From Candidatus Cloacimonadales bacterium (lineage in GTDB: Bacteria > Cloacimonadota > Cloacimonadia > Cloacimonadales > JAIOQZ01): a stretch of DNA of 64,000 nucleotides. Below the pieces are notes generated by a model. It made no database searches, was not told where the DNA came from, and saw nothing but the letters and a program-made list of their open reading frames with translations. Positions 29,639 to 39,038 of this stretch are shown piece after piece (position 1 is the first letter of the stretch; each line of letters begins with the position of its first letter). Made by a program: the position numbers and the translations under genes. Location: positions 2,816,001-2,880,000 of the forward strand of contig OY771587.1 in NCBI GenBank assembly GCA_963674825.1. The letters are read 5' to 3'.

Positions 29639-30502
29639 TCAAAATATTCTATGTTTTATTTTATCAATGATTTCAGCGTAAGGCTTCGGTGCGAATTCGT
29701 TGATTGCCTGCCCAGACTTCACAGCTTTGAGGACCGTCTCATCGTAGGGAATTTTCGCCAGTAGCGGGACGTCCATTTCGTGGAGAAAATCCTCAATATT
29801 TGTTGTCAAGGCCGGGTTCAGGTCGTGCTTGTTTATCACACAGCCGGCTGGGATTCGGAATTTCTGGATGAGCTCGTACACGCGCTTGAGGTCGTGGAAA
29901 GCCGATTGAGTTGCCTCGGTGACAAGCAGCACGTAGTTAGCGCCACTGAGTGAAGAAATGACAGGGCAACCGATGCCGGGTGAGCCGTCTACCAGGATGT
30001 AAGGGACGTTCTTCTCTTCTGCGAGCTTATGCGCGACTTTTTTTGTATGGGCGACCAACTTACCGGAGTTTTCGCCTCCGGGGAGCAATCTGGCATGGAC
30101 CATCGTGGTACCGGTGCGTATCTCCGACTGAAAGCTCTTGCCTGTGTAGCGCGGCTTCATGGTGATAGCCCCCTGTGGGCATATATAACTGCAAAATCCG
30201 CATCCTTCACAGGCGAAGGGATCGAATTCGATAGCTGATTCGGCCATCTTGATCGCATTGAATCGACACTTCTGCACGCATAGGCTACACTGAATGCATT
30301 TTTCAGCATCGATTTCCGGCTCTTCGCCGCTGTAAAAGTCTTCCGCGATCTGTGTCTGCGGCTTGAATATCAGATGCATATCCGCCGCATCAACGTCGCA
30401 ATCGGCGAGTACGCAATCCTGCCCCAGCGCATACGCCAGCGCGCTGGTGATGACAGTCTTTCCGGTCCCGCCTTTTCCTGATATAACTACAACTTCTTTC
30501 AT
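29639..30502 (-). CDS. MinD-superfamily P-loop ATPase with inserted 2x[4Fe-4S] ferredoxin
   Basis: SGKGGTGKT, DCDVDAAD, CIQCSLC..C, CEGCGFC..CP, SGKLV and DGSPGIGCPV motifs. Confidence 0.9.
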   Translation of the reverse strand: MKEVVVISGKGGTGKTVITSALAYALGQDCVLADCDVDAADMHLIFKPQTQIAEDFYSGEEPEIDAEKCIQCSLCVQKCRFNAIKMAESAIEFDPFACEGCGFCSYICPQGAITMKPRYTGKSFQSEIRTGTTMVHARLLPGGENSGKLVAHTKKVAHKLAEEKNVPYILVDGSPGIGCPVISSLSGANYVLLVTEATQSAFHDLKRVYELIQKFRIPAGCVINKHDLNPALTTNIEDFLHEMDVPLLAKIPYDETVLKAVKSGQAINEFAPKPYAEIIDKIKHRIF

Positions 30503-31353
30503 AGCAGCGCCTTTTGCTTGAACTTGCTTTCCAGTGCAACCATTTGCTCCAGAAAAGCCGGATTCTTGTCGAAGAGAGTCAGACCTTGTGAATAAAGCTC
30601 TGCAATAGCTCTCTGATGTGGTATACGAGCAAGGATCTCGATCGATTCCGACTCGCAGTAGGCCACAACGTCGTTGTACAGGCCGTCATCCTTGTTGATG
30701 ACCACTCCAAACGGACGGTCCATCAGTCGAACTGTCTCCACCGCGAGTGTGAGATCGTGCAGGCCGAACGGCGTGGGCTCGGTGACCAGCACCACGAAGT
30801 CGCTGAAGCGGATGGTTTCCACTACTGGGCAGGATGTTCCTGGCGGTGCGTCGATGATGATGAATCGGTCGCTGTACTGCTCCTGGATGTGGTCGGCTGT
30901 CTGCCGGATGAGCGGAACAGCCATCTCTTTGCCGATCTTGAGCCGTGCTTCAAGGAACTTCAGCCCATCCGCGTCAAACTCGGAAAGCATCCCGAGCTCT
31001 TCCGGGATCATCTTCAGCGCACCCTGCGGACAGAGCTCTACACAGGCATAACAACTGTGGCATAGCTGCGGGAAGACCATCGTGTGATTCCCGAGCTGCG
31101 TAATTGCGTGGAAATTGCACACCTCGCGGCACTTTCCGCAGCCATTGCACAACGCCTCGTCAACCTCCGGGATCTCGGTGTAGCACTGAATCTTGTTAGT
31201 CAGATCGCCCTGGATAAACAGGTGCGAATCCGGCTCCTCGACGTCGAAGTCGGTCAGTAGCACGTCGCGTGTAGCGCTGATATAGAGCGCGAAATTGACG
31301 GAGAGCGTCGTCTTTCCGGTTCCGCCCTTCCCGCTGGCAAAAGCGATCTTCAC
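30499..31353 (-). CDS. MinD-superfamily P-loop ATPase with inserted ferredoxin (paralog)
   Basis: ASGKGGTGKTT, DVEEP, CNGCGKC..C, CHSCYAC..CP, DAPPGTSCP and TEPTPFGLHDL motifs. Confidence 0.9.
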   Translation of the reverse strand: MKIAFASGKGGTGKTTLSVNFALYISATRDVLLTDFDVEEPDSHLFIQGDLTNKIQCYTEIPEVDEALCNGCGKCREVCNFHAITQLGNHTMVFPQLCHSCYACVELCPQGALKMIPEELGMLSEFDADGLKFLEARLKIGKEMAVPLIRQTADHIQEQYSDRFIIIDAPPGTSCPVVETIRFSDFVVLVTEPTPFGLHDLTLAVETVRLMDRPFGVVINKDDGLYNDVVAYCESESIEILARIPHQRAIAELYSQGLTLFDKNPAFLEQMVALESKFKQKALL

Positions 31354-31359
31354 GAGCTT

Positions 31360-31614
31360 CTATTCTCCCAGATTTTCGCGCCGTTTGCGCAGGATTTCAA
31401 GCTGATTGCTCAATCCGCTGATCAACGAGTCAAGGTAGCTCTTCTCGTCAGTTGCGTTGAATCGATATCCACCGAAACCGCCATTCCTTCGTCCCATACC
31501 GAGCTTGCGGAAACCACGTCCCGCGAACGGACTTCCGCCATCGGCGCAACGACCGTTTCTTTGTCCTGTCATCGGGCCCTCGCCAAGGGGGCCTCTTCCA
31601 TCTCTTCCTGGCAT
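31360..31614 (-). CDS. DUF5320-like Gly/Arg-rich small protein
   Basis: MPGRDGRGPLGEGPMTG..G.C N-terminus with a C-terminal coiled coil. Confidence 0.8.
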   Translation of the reverse strand: MPGRDGRGPLGEGPMTGQRNGRCADGGSPFAGRGFRKLGMGRRNGGFGGYRFNATDEKSYLDSLISGLSNQLEILRKRRENLGE

Positions 31615-31617
31615 ATC

Positions 31618-32076
31618 TTACCTCCTGTGTCTGCCGCGACCACGCCCACGACAGCACATGCCGTGGCCCAGTTCGCTGGCAAAATCGTTACGGGTGATGG
31701 CTCCGCATTGTGGACATCGCCCAAAATCGTTCTCGATGGTCACGCTGAAGACGTTACCGCAATTACCGCACTCGAACAGGTTGTCTCGGAAATGGATTTC
31801 TCCGCCTTCGACTGTTAGCGCTTTCCCGTCGAGAAGGAATTGCGCTACTTTTTGGTGAGCGCTATCCAGCAGGCGAGTAAAGGTAGAGCGCGAGATTTCC
31901 ATCTGCTCCGAGGCTTGGGTGTGATCCAGCTTCTCGAAGTCCGCAAGCCTGATTGCTTCCAGTTCGTCGAGTGTCATCTCGATCTGCTCCAGCTCGCTGA
32001 GACGGATCCCTGCGGGTTTGAACCGCAGATATTGAGGTGGTTCCTTCACAATTCGGCATTTTTTCGGTCTTGGCAT
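31618..32076 (-). CDS. DUF134 putative DNA-binding regulator with C-terminal zinc ribbon
   Basis: MPRPKKCR..FKP, ELEAIRLAD, MEISRSTF.R and CGNCG..CPQCG; start at ATG 32076. Confidence 0.88.
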   Translation of the reverse strand: MPRPKKCRIVKEPPQYLRFKPAGIRLSELEQIEMTLDELEAIRLADFEKLDHTQASEQMEISRSTFTRLLDSAHQKVAQFLLDGKALTVEGGEIHFRDNLFECGNCGNVFSVTIENDFGRCPQCGAITRNDFASELGHGMCCRGRGRGRHRR

Positions 32077-32102
32077 AACACATCCTTTGCTATTATGGAG
32101 AC

Positions 32103-32132
32103 AACATAATGCACTATGGTGCAAAATGTCAA
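32103..32132 (-). promoter_or_regulatory. Sigma70-type promoter with a palindromic operator in the spacer
   Basis: Minus strand TTGACA-N18-TATGTT; TGCAC-TATG-GTGCA at 32110-32123. Confidence 0.55.
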
Positions 32133-32164
32133 GTGGTTTTTTTACCGGCCTTGTATCTGACAGG

Positions 32165-32191
32165 AAAAAGAAAACCCCGCGTTGGGCGGGG
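32165..32191 (-). terminator. Intrinsic terminator after the PDZ gene
   Basis: CCCCGC/GCGGGG stem with an A-rich run on its left. Confidence 0.7.
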
Positions 32192-32219
32192 ACATTATGA
32201 GAGTGTTGGGGAGGAAAAT

Positions 32220-33116
32220 CTATTCTTTGTCTTGTAGCTTGTGTTTCAGCTCCTGGATTTCCATCTTCATTTTGCGTATCTCGTCACGCAGGTCTTGCTG
32301 GTCGAAATCGATGGAATCAGGGATCGCCTCGTCGAGCCACTCCTGTAGTGGGGTGAGGTCGATGAGCTTGACGTTCTCAGAATCGGGACCGTACATGAGC
32401 ACGTTGTTAGCCGAGTCGTAGCCGAAATAGTATCCGAAATCGATGGTCTGCGGTACGACACCGACCACCACGTCGAGCTGTTTGCCTTTACGGCTGAGTT
32501 TAAGCCGTACTGCATCGCCTCTGCTTTTCTTTCGAAGGATATTGCGGAGATCTTTACCGGACGCGATCTTCTCACCGTCGGCAGAGAGGATGACATCACC
32601 GGCATGTACACCGGCGCGATCTGCCGAGCCGCCGGACGATACTTCAGTGACCAATAGTCCGTATTTGACGTCGAAGTAGCCCAGAAGTTGCGGTGTAAGT
32701 TCCTGAACGCTGAGTTCGAGCCATTTGCTCCAGTTCAGGAAGAATTCTGGATTATAGGAGATTACTTCGCTACGGTTTCCAAGCTCCAGCTTGAGCTGCT
32801 TCTTTTTAGCATTTTCCAGGACGGTGATCTTGATTTTATCGCCTGGTTTGTGCTGGTCAATAATGCTTTTCATGAGCTCTTCTGTACGGATCGATTTCTT
32901 GTCGATTTCCAGGACAATCATACCGTCACGAAGTCCTGCTCTCTCAGCCGGTGAATCAGGCACAACACCAGTAACCCGTACGCCATGATCGATGCCATAT
33001 TCTTTCAACTGCTCGGCAGAGAGGTTCTCGAGATAGACTCCGATATAAGCCTTCTCCACAGCATCGACCATGACGATGGTCATCAGTAAAATGAATAGCA
33101 AGGTTACCTGTCTCAT
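32220..33116 (-). CDS. Exported tandem-PDZ protein without a protease domain
   Basis: Signal peptide, two PDZ units (AYIGV..SPAERAGL; GGSADRAGV.AGDVI) and a C-terminal coiled coil. Confidence 0.85.
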   Translation of the reverse strand: MRQVTLLFILLMTIVMVDAVEKAYIGVYLENLSAEQLKEYGIDHGVRVTGVVPDSPAERAGLRDGMIVLEIDKKSIRTEELMKSIIDQHKPGDKIKITVLENAKKKQLKLELGNRSEVISYNPEFFLNWSKWLELSVQELTPQLLGYFDVKYGLLVTEVSSGGSADRAGVHAGDVILSADGEKIASGKDLRNILRKKSRGDAVRLKLSRKGKQLDVVVGVVPQTIDFGYYFGYDSANNVLMYGPDSENVKLIDLTPLQEWLDEAIPDSIDFDQQDLRDEIRKMKMEIQELKHKLQDKE

Positions 33117-33127
33117 TCACTCCTCAG

Positions 33128-33619
33128 TTAGTACATCTTTGGAAGCTTTTTCACTTCGTTGATGTAGTACACGTTGCCTTGTTTCTCGTCCGTATCACGG
33201 CGGATAATGTACGATTTTCCTTCAACCAGGTGCGGGAATCCAGCCACGTCACCCTGTATGCTGTCCGTAACGACAGCTTCGTTGCCAACGCGTTGATTCG
33301 CCAGGTAGATATCCTCTTCGGTAAGGAAGGGTTCCGGCGTTTCGATGGGCTCGTTCATGGATTCTTCCAATGCGAGTTCCACCGGTGTTTCCTGCTCACC
33401 TACAAACACATAGTGCAGGTTGTGTGCAAGGTCGGGTCGGGCGACAAAGCCCATGACCAGCGCAAACATTATGGTAGCGGCAGCGGTTGCGAATGCGGGG
33501 TACCAGGAATGTTTCCGCTCAAAGAATTCCTTCTTCAGTTCGTATTTAAGCCGTACTGAATAGGGTCCGGGCGGTGTGTCCGGAACATGCACGTTTTCAA
33601 GATACTTTTTGATAGACAT
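33128..33619 (-). CDS. Single-TM protein, probable anti-sigma factor
   Basis: Overlaps the 3' end of the ECF sigma gene; short cytoplasmic N-terminus then one TM helix. Confidence 0.6.
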   Translation of the reverse strand: MSIKKYLENVHVPDTPPGPYSVRLKYELKKEFFERKHSWYPAFATAAATIMFALVMGFVARPDLAHNLHYVFVGEQETPVELALEESMNEPIETPEPFLTEEDIYLANQRVGNEAVVTDSIQGDVAGFPHLVEGKSYIIRRDTDEKQGNVYYINEVKKLPKMY

Positions 33620-34151
33620 CGTCCAATACCTCCTCCGGTATCAGTTTTTCCAGTTTTTTCAGCGCTCGGTGAAGATTCACCCGGAGCGTATTTTCTTTTT
33701 TACCTACAATTTCGGCGATTTCCGAGAAGCTTTTCTTTGCGAAGAAGCGGAAATAGATCAGATCCTGATCCTTCTGCGGCAGGTCTTTGATGTACTGATG
33801 GACAAAATCGTAGGAGAAATACTCTTCATCTTCCTTGAAGATATCCACTTCGTCGAATACCTGCTGCTCGATTTTCCGCTGCCGTTTCTCTTTCCGGAAG
33901 TAGTTGCTGATCTCGCTGATCGCGATCCGGTAGAGCCAGGCGGAGAACGGAATCGAGCGCCACCTGAACATGTGCAGCTTGCTCATCGCCTTGTAAAACA
34001 CGTTCGATACGATTTCCTCGGCAATATCGCGGTTGTTGACCCGAACGATCACAAACCGGAATATCGCCGGAAAATGCTCTTCATATAGCTTGTCAAAGTA
34101 CCTGATATCCTTCTTGGCCTTCAGGATTTGGTCTTTATCCATACTAATCAC
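33597..34151 (-). CDS. ECF RNA polymerase sigma factor
   Basis: AEEIVSNVF and FSAWLYRIA (region 2); SFSEIAEIVG..RVNLHRA (region 4). Confidence 0.92.
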   Translation of the reverse strand: MISMDKDQILKAKKDIRYFDKLYEEHFPAIFRFVIVRVNNRDIAEEIVSNVFYKAMSKLHMFRWRSIPFSAWLYRIAISEISNYFRKEKRQRKIEQQVFDEVDIFKEDEEYFSYDFVHQYIKDLPQKDQDLIYFRFFAKKSFSEIAEIVGKKENTLRVNLHRALKKLEKLIPEEVLDDVYQKVS

Positions 34152-34164
34152 CTCTCGCTAATCA

Positions 34165-34191
34165 TAACGCGAACCCCATTCACGGGTTTCA
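34165..34191 (-). promoter_or_regulatory. SigW-like ECF promoter, probably autoregulatory
   Basis: Minus strand TGAAAC-N16-CGTTA just upstream of the sigma gene; close to the B. subtilis SigW consensus TGAAAC-N16-CGTA. Confidence 0.65.
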
Positions 34192-34298
34192 TAAAAAAAA
34201 CGTCTATCAAAACGAAAATTGCTTGCGCGCCTTTCACTACGCGAAAATTTACTGGACGCCCCATTCGGTCAAAACATTTTATGTACTGTGGAGGATAC

Positions 34299-34820
34299 AT
34301 GAAGAGGATCGTTGTTGTAGGGACAAGCTGCTCTGGTAAAACGACTTTCGCAGACAAACTGGCAAATCGCCTCGGCATCCGTCATGTAGAGCTGGATGAG
34401 ATATTCTGGATGAAAGATTGGCAGTGCAGGCCGGACGACGAGTTCCGGGAACTGGTACGGAAAGAAGCCGAAGAGGAGACGTGGGTGATCGAAGGAAATT
34501 ACCGCAAGGTGCGCGATATCCTCTGGGATCGCGCCGACACACTTGTGTGGCTGAATTACCCATTCTGGCTGGTTTTCTATCGCGCTATCAAAAGGACGCT
34601 CCGACGGGTGCTGTATAAAGAAAAGATCTGCGGTGGTAACACGGAGACATTCTTTCTCTCTTTTCTAAGCTCCGATTCTATCCTCGCCTGGGTGCTGAAG
34701 ACTTACTGGAAGCGTAAAAAGGAATATACCGCCCTGATGAAGTCGGATACTTACCCAAACATGAACAAGATCGAAATCAAGTCGCCGGATGCGGTGAAGT
34801 CGTTTCTCAACCGGATTTAA
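34299..34820 (+). CDS. Adenylate kinase-like P-loop protein (FlaR/topology modulation family)
   Basis: RIVVVGTSCSGKTT, ELDEIFW and WVIEGNY motifs; start at ATG 34299 after GGAGG. Confidence 0.82.
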   Translation: MKRIVVVGTSCSGKTTFADKLANRLGIRHVELDEIFWMKDWQCRPDDEFRELVRKEAEEETWVIEGNYRKVRDILWDRADTLVWLNYPFWLVFYRAIKRTLRRVLYKEKICGGNTETFFLSFLSSDSILAWVLKTYWKRKKEYTALMKSDTYPNMNKIEIKSPDAVKSFLNRI

Positions 34821-34834
34821 AGTGGAGGAGTATT

Positions 34835-35605
34835 ATGCCTGAAGCCATCATCATCGATCTCACACCCGAAACCATCGAAAACTACGGCGTCTGCGGCTAT
34901 AAGGACGTACGAAAACACAAAGAATTGCGCAATAAAATCGCATGGTTCGGCAAGTACTATCCACTTGGTCTGCGTATCAAGGCGCTGATCGCGCCAGACG
35001 GCAGCTATCAGGGGATGATCGAGTATATTCCCGGTGAATATGCGCACCGTCCAGTGGACGCCTCTGGATTTCTGTTTATCCACTGCGTGTTCGTAGGATT
35101 CAAGAAGGAACACAAGGACCGTGGTTACGCGACGCGCATGATCCAGTTGGTGCTCGAAGAAGCAAGGGAAGCGGGAAAGCGTGGCGTTGCTGTAGTATCA
35201 CGTAAGGGTTCGTTCATGGCTAATGCTGCGATCTTTCTGAAGTTGGGATTTAACATTGTTGATCAGGCAAAGCCGGATTTCCAGTTGCTGGCGAAAGTTT
35301 TCGAGGGTGATTCTTCAGCCCCGCGTTTTAAGGACAATAAAGAACAGGCGCTGAAGGATGGCTTGATCATCCAACGCTCTCCGCAATGCCCTTATACCGA
35401 GAAAAACGTGATGGATATCATGCAGGCAGCCAAGGCGCAATTCGATCTGGAACCAACGCTGATCGATCTGCAGGATCACGTAGCTGCGCAGAACTCGCCG
35501 TGCCCGTTCGGAACCTTTTGCATTATCCATGACGGGGAGGTGATTTCGCATCACCCCATCAGCCGCAAACGCTTTGAGAACATAATGAGCAAAAGGTTGC
35601 GATGA
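34835..35605 (+). CDS. GNAT acetyltransferase with YoaP-like C-terminal domain
   Basis: IEYIPGEYA.RP, FIHC, QCPY and AQNSPCPF motifs. Confidence 0.82.
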   Translation: MPEAIIIDLTPETIENYGVCGYKDVRKHKELRNKIAWFGKYYPLGLRIKALIAPDGSYQGMIEYIPGEYAHRPVDASGFLFIHCVFVGFKKEHKDRGYATRMIQLVLEEAREAGKRGVAVVSRKGSFMANAAIFLKLGFNIVDQAKPDFQLLAKVFEGDSSAPRFKDNKEQALKDGLIIQRSPQCPYTEKNVMDIMQAAKAQFDLEPTLIDLQDHVAAQNSPCPFGTFCIIHDGEVISHHPISRKRFENIMSKRLR

Positions 35606-36615
35606 TTCGAGTCAGCTTGCGCGATACGAAACGCGAGGATCTCGACGATTATCGCCGATGGTTTTCTACGGAGCTTGAGTGGACCAACTGGGATGCACCC
35701 TGGGAGAAGCTGGACGAGGAGTTTGCCGAGAACTTCATTTCGCGAATTGAGCGTTCGATTGACCGAGAACCACCGGCAGTTCGCAAGCGATTCGAGATCG
35801 AGTGTGATGGAATCCATATCGGATGGGTGTCTGCCTACAAAATGGATGGTGAAAGGCTTGCCATTGGGATCGACATCCCAGAGAAAGAATTCTGGGGACG
35901 TGGCTTTGGCAAAGAAGCAATGCAATTGTTTCTCGACTACCTGGATCGAAATGGTTTTGATACAATCTACTGCCAGACGTGGTCTGGCAATAGCCGTATG
36001 GTGCGTCTGGCTCTATCGCTTGGGTTTAAGATTATTGACAATTCACAAACGGTATGCATCAATGGTATTATATACGAACGTCTGAACTTCAGACGAAAGG
36101 AAACGAACATGGATATTACGATTAGAGAAGAGACACGTGCAGATTTTGATGCAATTACAAGCGTTACGATAGCTGCTTTCACCGATCATCCAGTCAGCAG
36201 GCAGACGGAGCATTTCATTATTCGCGAACTTCGCAAGGCGGACGCGATGCTGCTTTCGCTGGTGGCGGAAGTAGAGGATAAAATTGTCGGGCATATTGCT
36301 TTTTCACCGGTAGAGATATCCGATGGCACAAACGGCTGGGTTGGCTTGGGACCGGTCTCCGTGTTGCCCGATTTCCAGAACCAGGGTATTGGCAGGGCAT
36401 TGATTAAAATCGGAATCGCATTATTGAGTAAATCAGGAATTAAAGGGATTGCTCTTGTTGGTGATCCGAACTATTATTCCCAGTATGGATTCAAAAATTA
36501 TCCCCAACTCATTCATGAAGGCATTCCGCAGGAATATTTTCTCGTGCTGCCCGTAACGGAGGATATCCCGCAGGGAAATGTTACGTTTCACAAGGCATAC
36601 TTCGCGGAGGAATAG
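35602..36615 (+). CDS. Tandem GNAT acetyltransferase (RimL-like plus YhbS-like domains)
   Basis: WDAPW..WGRGFG..TWSGN.RM first domain; IREET..LGPVSVLP.FQNQGIG..GDPNYY..GF second domain. Confidence 0.82.
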   Translation: MIRVSLRDTKREDLDDYRRWFSTELEWTNWDAPWEKLDEEFAENFISRIERSIDREPPAVRKRFEIECDGIHIGWVSAYKMDGERLAIGIDIPEKEFWGRGFGKEAMQLFLDYLDRNGFDTIYCQTWSGNSRMVRLALSLGFKIIDNSQTVCINGIIYERLNFRRKETNMDITIREETRADFDAITSVTIAAFTDHPVSRQTEHFIIRELRKADAMLLSLVAEVEDKIVGHIAFSPVEISDGTNGWVGLGPVSVLPDFQNQGIGRALIKIGIALLSKSGIKGIALVGDPNYYSQYGFKNYPQLIHEGIPQEYFLVLPVTEDIPQGNVTFHKAYFAEE

Positions 36616-36770
36616 TTATTTACAGACAATGTCTCGAGTTTGCCTCAAACAAGCTGATCTGGTTCTAAAACTCGGCCCATTTCCCATGTTACGAAGAGCC
36701 GCAGAAATTCAATCGGGTGATAGCTGGGGAACATGCAGGTAATGAATGAGATGTGGATACGTGTCGATAG

Positions 36771-37610
36771 CTACTCAGAGTCCCCGAACTTCCTCGCGAC
36801 GAGCTGTGACATCCTGGTTTCCTGGAATCCGTGGCTCTCGTACAGCCGGACAGCGGGAGTATCCTTGCTGTAGGCTTCCAACTTGATTTCACGTCCGGGA
36901 TAGCGATTGATCAACCTTCTGAGCTGCGCCTTTCCAAGCCCATTCCCACGATATTCCGGTAGCACGCCCACACTGTAGATGTAAACGTAATCCTTCTTAT
37001 CCACAGCAAGCAGGCAGGCAACGAGCCGGGTACCGTCGTAGCAGTTAACGCATGAGATATCCGTCCATGACAGAAACATGCTGATCAGGGATTCCCAGGA
37101 TTGGCCCATGTAATCCAGGTCGTCAGTGTAAACGCTGAGCTGGAAGCTGAGGAGCGATCCTTCATCGGGCATGATCTCGTTCCATGTAAAGCTGTCATCT
37201 GTAATCTCCAACGGATTAACAGGTGCTGTTAACAGATAACTCGAGCACGTGGTCTCCACATCGAGGAACTTGGAAAACAGCGGAAGCTGCCCGTTGACTG
37301 GGGATCCATTTCGATATACAAACACCAGCCAGGAGTAATCGTTATCCTTGAGTAGTGCGCTTAGGAACAGCGTGATTTGCTCGATCTCATCGCGCGTGAG
37401 TTCTCCCAGAAAATACATCGGAACGTAGATCGTCGTACCTTTTTGAGGTAGTGTGAAAAAACCTTCGATAACGCCGTCGCGTTCGGCCAGAAAGAGTTCG
37501 ATATCCCGGTTGCGCGGAGCAAAAAGCTTGTGAATGTAATCGTAGAGAGATTCAGAAAAATCAAGATTACTGGCTTGAAGTTTTGAGTAGAAAAGGTGAT
37601 GAATCTTCAT
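36771..37610 (-). CDS. GNAT family acetyltransferase
   Basis: C-terminal VGVLPEYRGNGLGK..AVRLYESHGF motif. Confidence 0.75.
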   Translation of the reverse strand: MKIHHLFYSKLQASNLDFSESLYDYIHKLFAPRNRDIELFLAERDGVIEGFFTLPQKGTTIYVPMYFLGELTRDEIEQITLFLSALLKDNDYSWLVFVYRNGSPVNGQLPLFSKFLDVETTCSSYLLTAPVNPLEITDDSFTWNEIMPDEGSLLSFQLSVYTDDLDYMGQSWESLISMFLSWTDISCVNCYDGTRLVACLLAVDKKDYVYIYSVGVLPEYRGNGLGKAQLRRLINRYPGREIKLEAYSKDTPAVRLYESHGFQETRMSQLVARKFGDSE

Positions 37611-37632
37611 GAGGTTATCCTGAGGAAAAAGA

Positions 37633-37709
37633 TGGGGTGGCTGATGGGATTTGAACCCACGACACCAGGAGCCACAATCCTGTGCTCTGCCAGCTGAACT
37701 ACAGCCACC
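37633..37709 (-). tRNA. tRNA-His (GTG)
   Basis: Minus strand GGTGGCTGTAGTTCAGCTGGCAGAGCACAGGATTGTGGCTCCTGGTGTCGTGGGTTCAAATCCCATCAGCCACCCCA folds as a cloverleaf with G-1, GTG anticodon, TTCAAAT T-loop and encoded CCA. Confidence 0.97.
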
Positions 37710-37784
37710 ATACCTAATGCGTGAAACCAGTTATCCGAACGCAGTTTTGGTGTCAATGAAATTTCTCACAAATTCTTTACAGGC

Positions 37785-39035
37785 TTATCGCTGAAAGAGC
37801 TCGTCGATGAATACGAGCGAACAACCAAGCTTTTTCTGCATCTCGTCGATCGTCATACCGTCGAGTGTGATGTCGTCAGTGTTGAGGATACTGGACGGTA
37901 GCAGGATGGCATCGTATTTCGATCCGTCGATTTGCTTTGTGATGTCCGCACCAGTCAGCAAACCAGCAACCGTAACGCAATCGCCCAGATAGTCGTTTCT
38001 TATGGCAATCGCATCCGCCTGGATCTCTGCTTCGGTAACATCATTCGCGATTCTATTTATAAGAGGATACGATAGCATACCGGTCACCATCGCGATGCGT
38101 TTCCAGCCTTCTTTGACAAATTCCTCGATGAACTCCTCGCCGTAAGCTGCCCAGTTTTCCATCACGGTGCGGATCATGCCGATACCGTTTTCGATCTGAG
38201 CGAAATCGAGGTAATATTCCTCATCGGGGATGTCGCGTTCGGCTAGGAGATACAGTTCGTCCGAGCAGAACACACGGTTTTCGGTCTGTTCGCTGTTGAA
38301 GGCATCCGCCATATCAATGATGCTTTGTGCACCTTTGCGATCGACTCTTTCGATGGGTGGAAGGTTTTCACGATACTTTGTTATACCCACAGGCACGACG
38401 CCAATGGTTGAAACCATATTCAGAGATAGCAGATCGGAGAGCGACTTTCTCAGTGCTTCGCCGTCGTTCCAGCCTGGCACGACCACGATTTGAGTGTGCA
38501 TCTCGATCTCGTTTTCGTTCAGGTAGCGAAGCCGCTCCATGATATCGAAATCGAATTTATAGCGCAGCATCTTCCTGTGAAGAACAGCGTCAGTGGTGTG
38601 AACGGATATATACATGGGGGAGAGGCGTAAACGGACGTTACGCTCAAGCTGCTCCCTTGAGAGATTGGTCAGGGTTATGAAGTTGCCGAAAACGAAGGAG
38701 AACGCGTAGTCATCGTCTTTGACGTTGAGCGACTGGCGTGAATCGGGGGGCATCTGGTCGACAAAACAGAAGATGCAGTTGTTTACACATTCCCGGCAAT
38801 CGTGTGGTTCCAGCTCGATTCCCATGTCGCCGTCCACCATGTAATCGTAGTGGACGCGAAGGATCTCCTGCCGTTGATTAAGGTATTCAACCGACAGAAT
38901 ATCATCGTCATCGGAATGGAACTGGAAGTCCAGGAAATCCCGGATCGGGTTGCCGTTTATCTTGAGGATGAAGTCGCCGGGACGGATTCCTGCCGATTCC
39001 GCCCAGTCGGACGTTGTAAGAACTTTTACAGCCAT
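37785..39035 (-). CDS. PDZ plus radical SAM-like Fe-S protein (DUF512 family)
   Basis: N-terminal PDZ, CVNNCIFCFVDQMP, KDDDY..SF..GNFITLTN, QIENGIG and VTVAGLLTG.D motifs. Confidence 0.88.
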   Translation of the reverse strand: MAVKVLTTSDWAESAGIRPGDFILKINGNPIRDFLDFQFHSDDDDILSVEYLNQRQEILRVHYDYMVDGDMGIELEPHDCRECVNNCIFCFVDQMPPDSRQSLNVKDDDYAFSFVFGNFITLTNLSREQLERNVRLRLSPMYISVHTTDAVLHRKMLRYKFDFDIMERLRYLNENEIEMHTQIVVVPGWNDGEALRKSLSDLLSLNMVSTIGVVPVGITKYRENLPPIERVDRKGAQSIIDMADAFNSEQTENRVFCSDELYLLAERDIPDEEYYLDFAQIENGIGMIRTVMENWAAYGEEFIEEFVKEGWKRIAMVTGMLSYPLINRIANDVTEAEIQADAIAIRNDYLGDCVTVAGLLTGADITKQIDGSKYDAILLPSSILNTDDITLDGMTIDEMQKKLGCSLVFIDELFQR

Positions 39036-39038
39036 AGA

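Noticed and set aside
34299..37709. Genomic island integrated at tRNA-His
   Set aside because: No integrase and no duplicated tRNA 3' end was seen; only the GNAT clustering hints at it.
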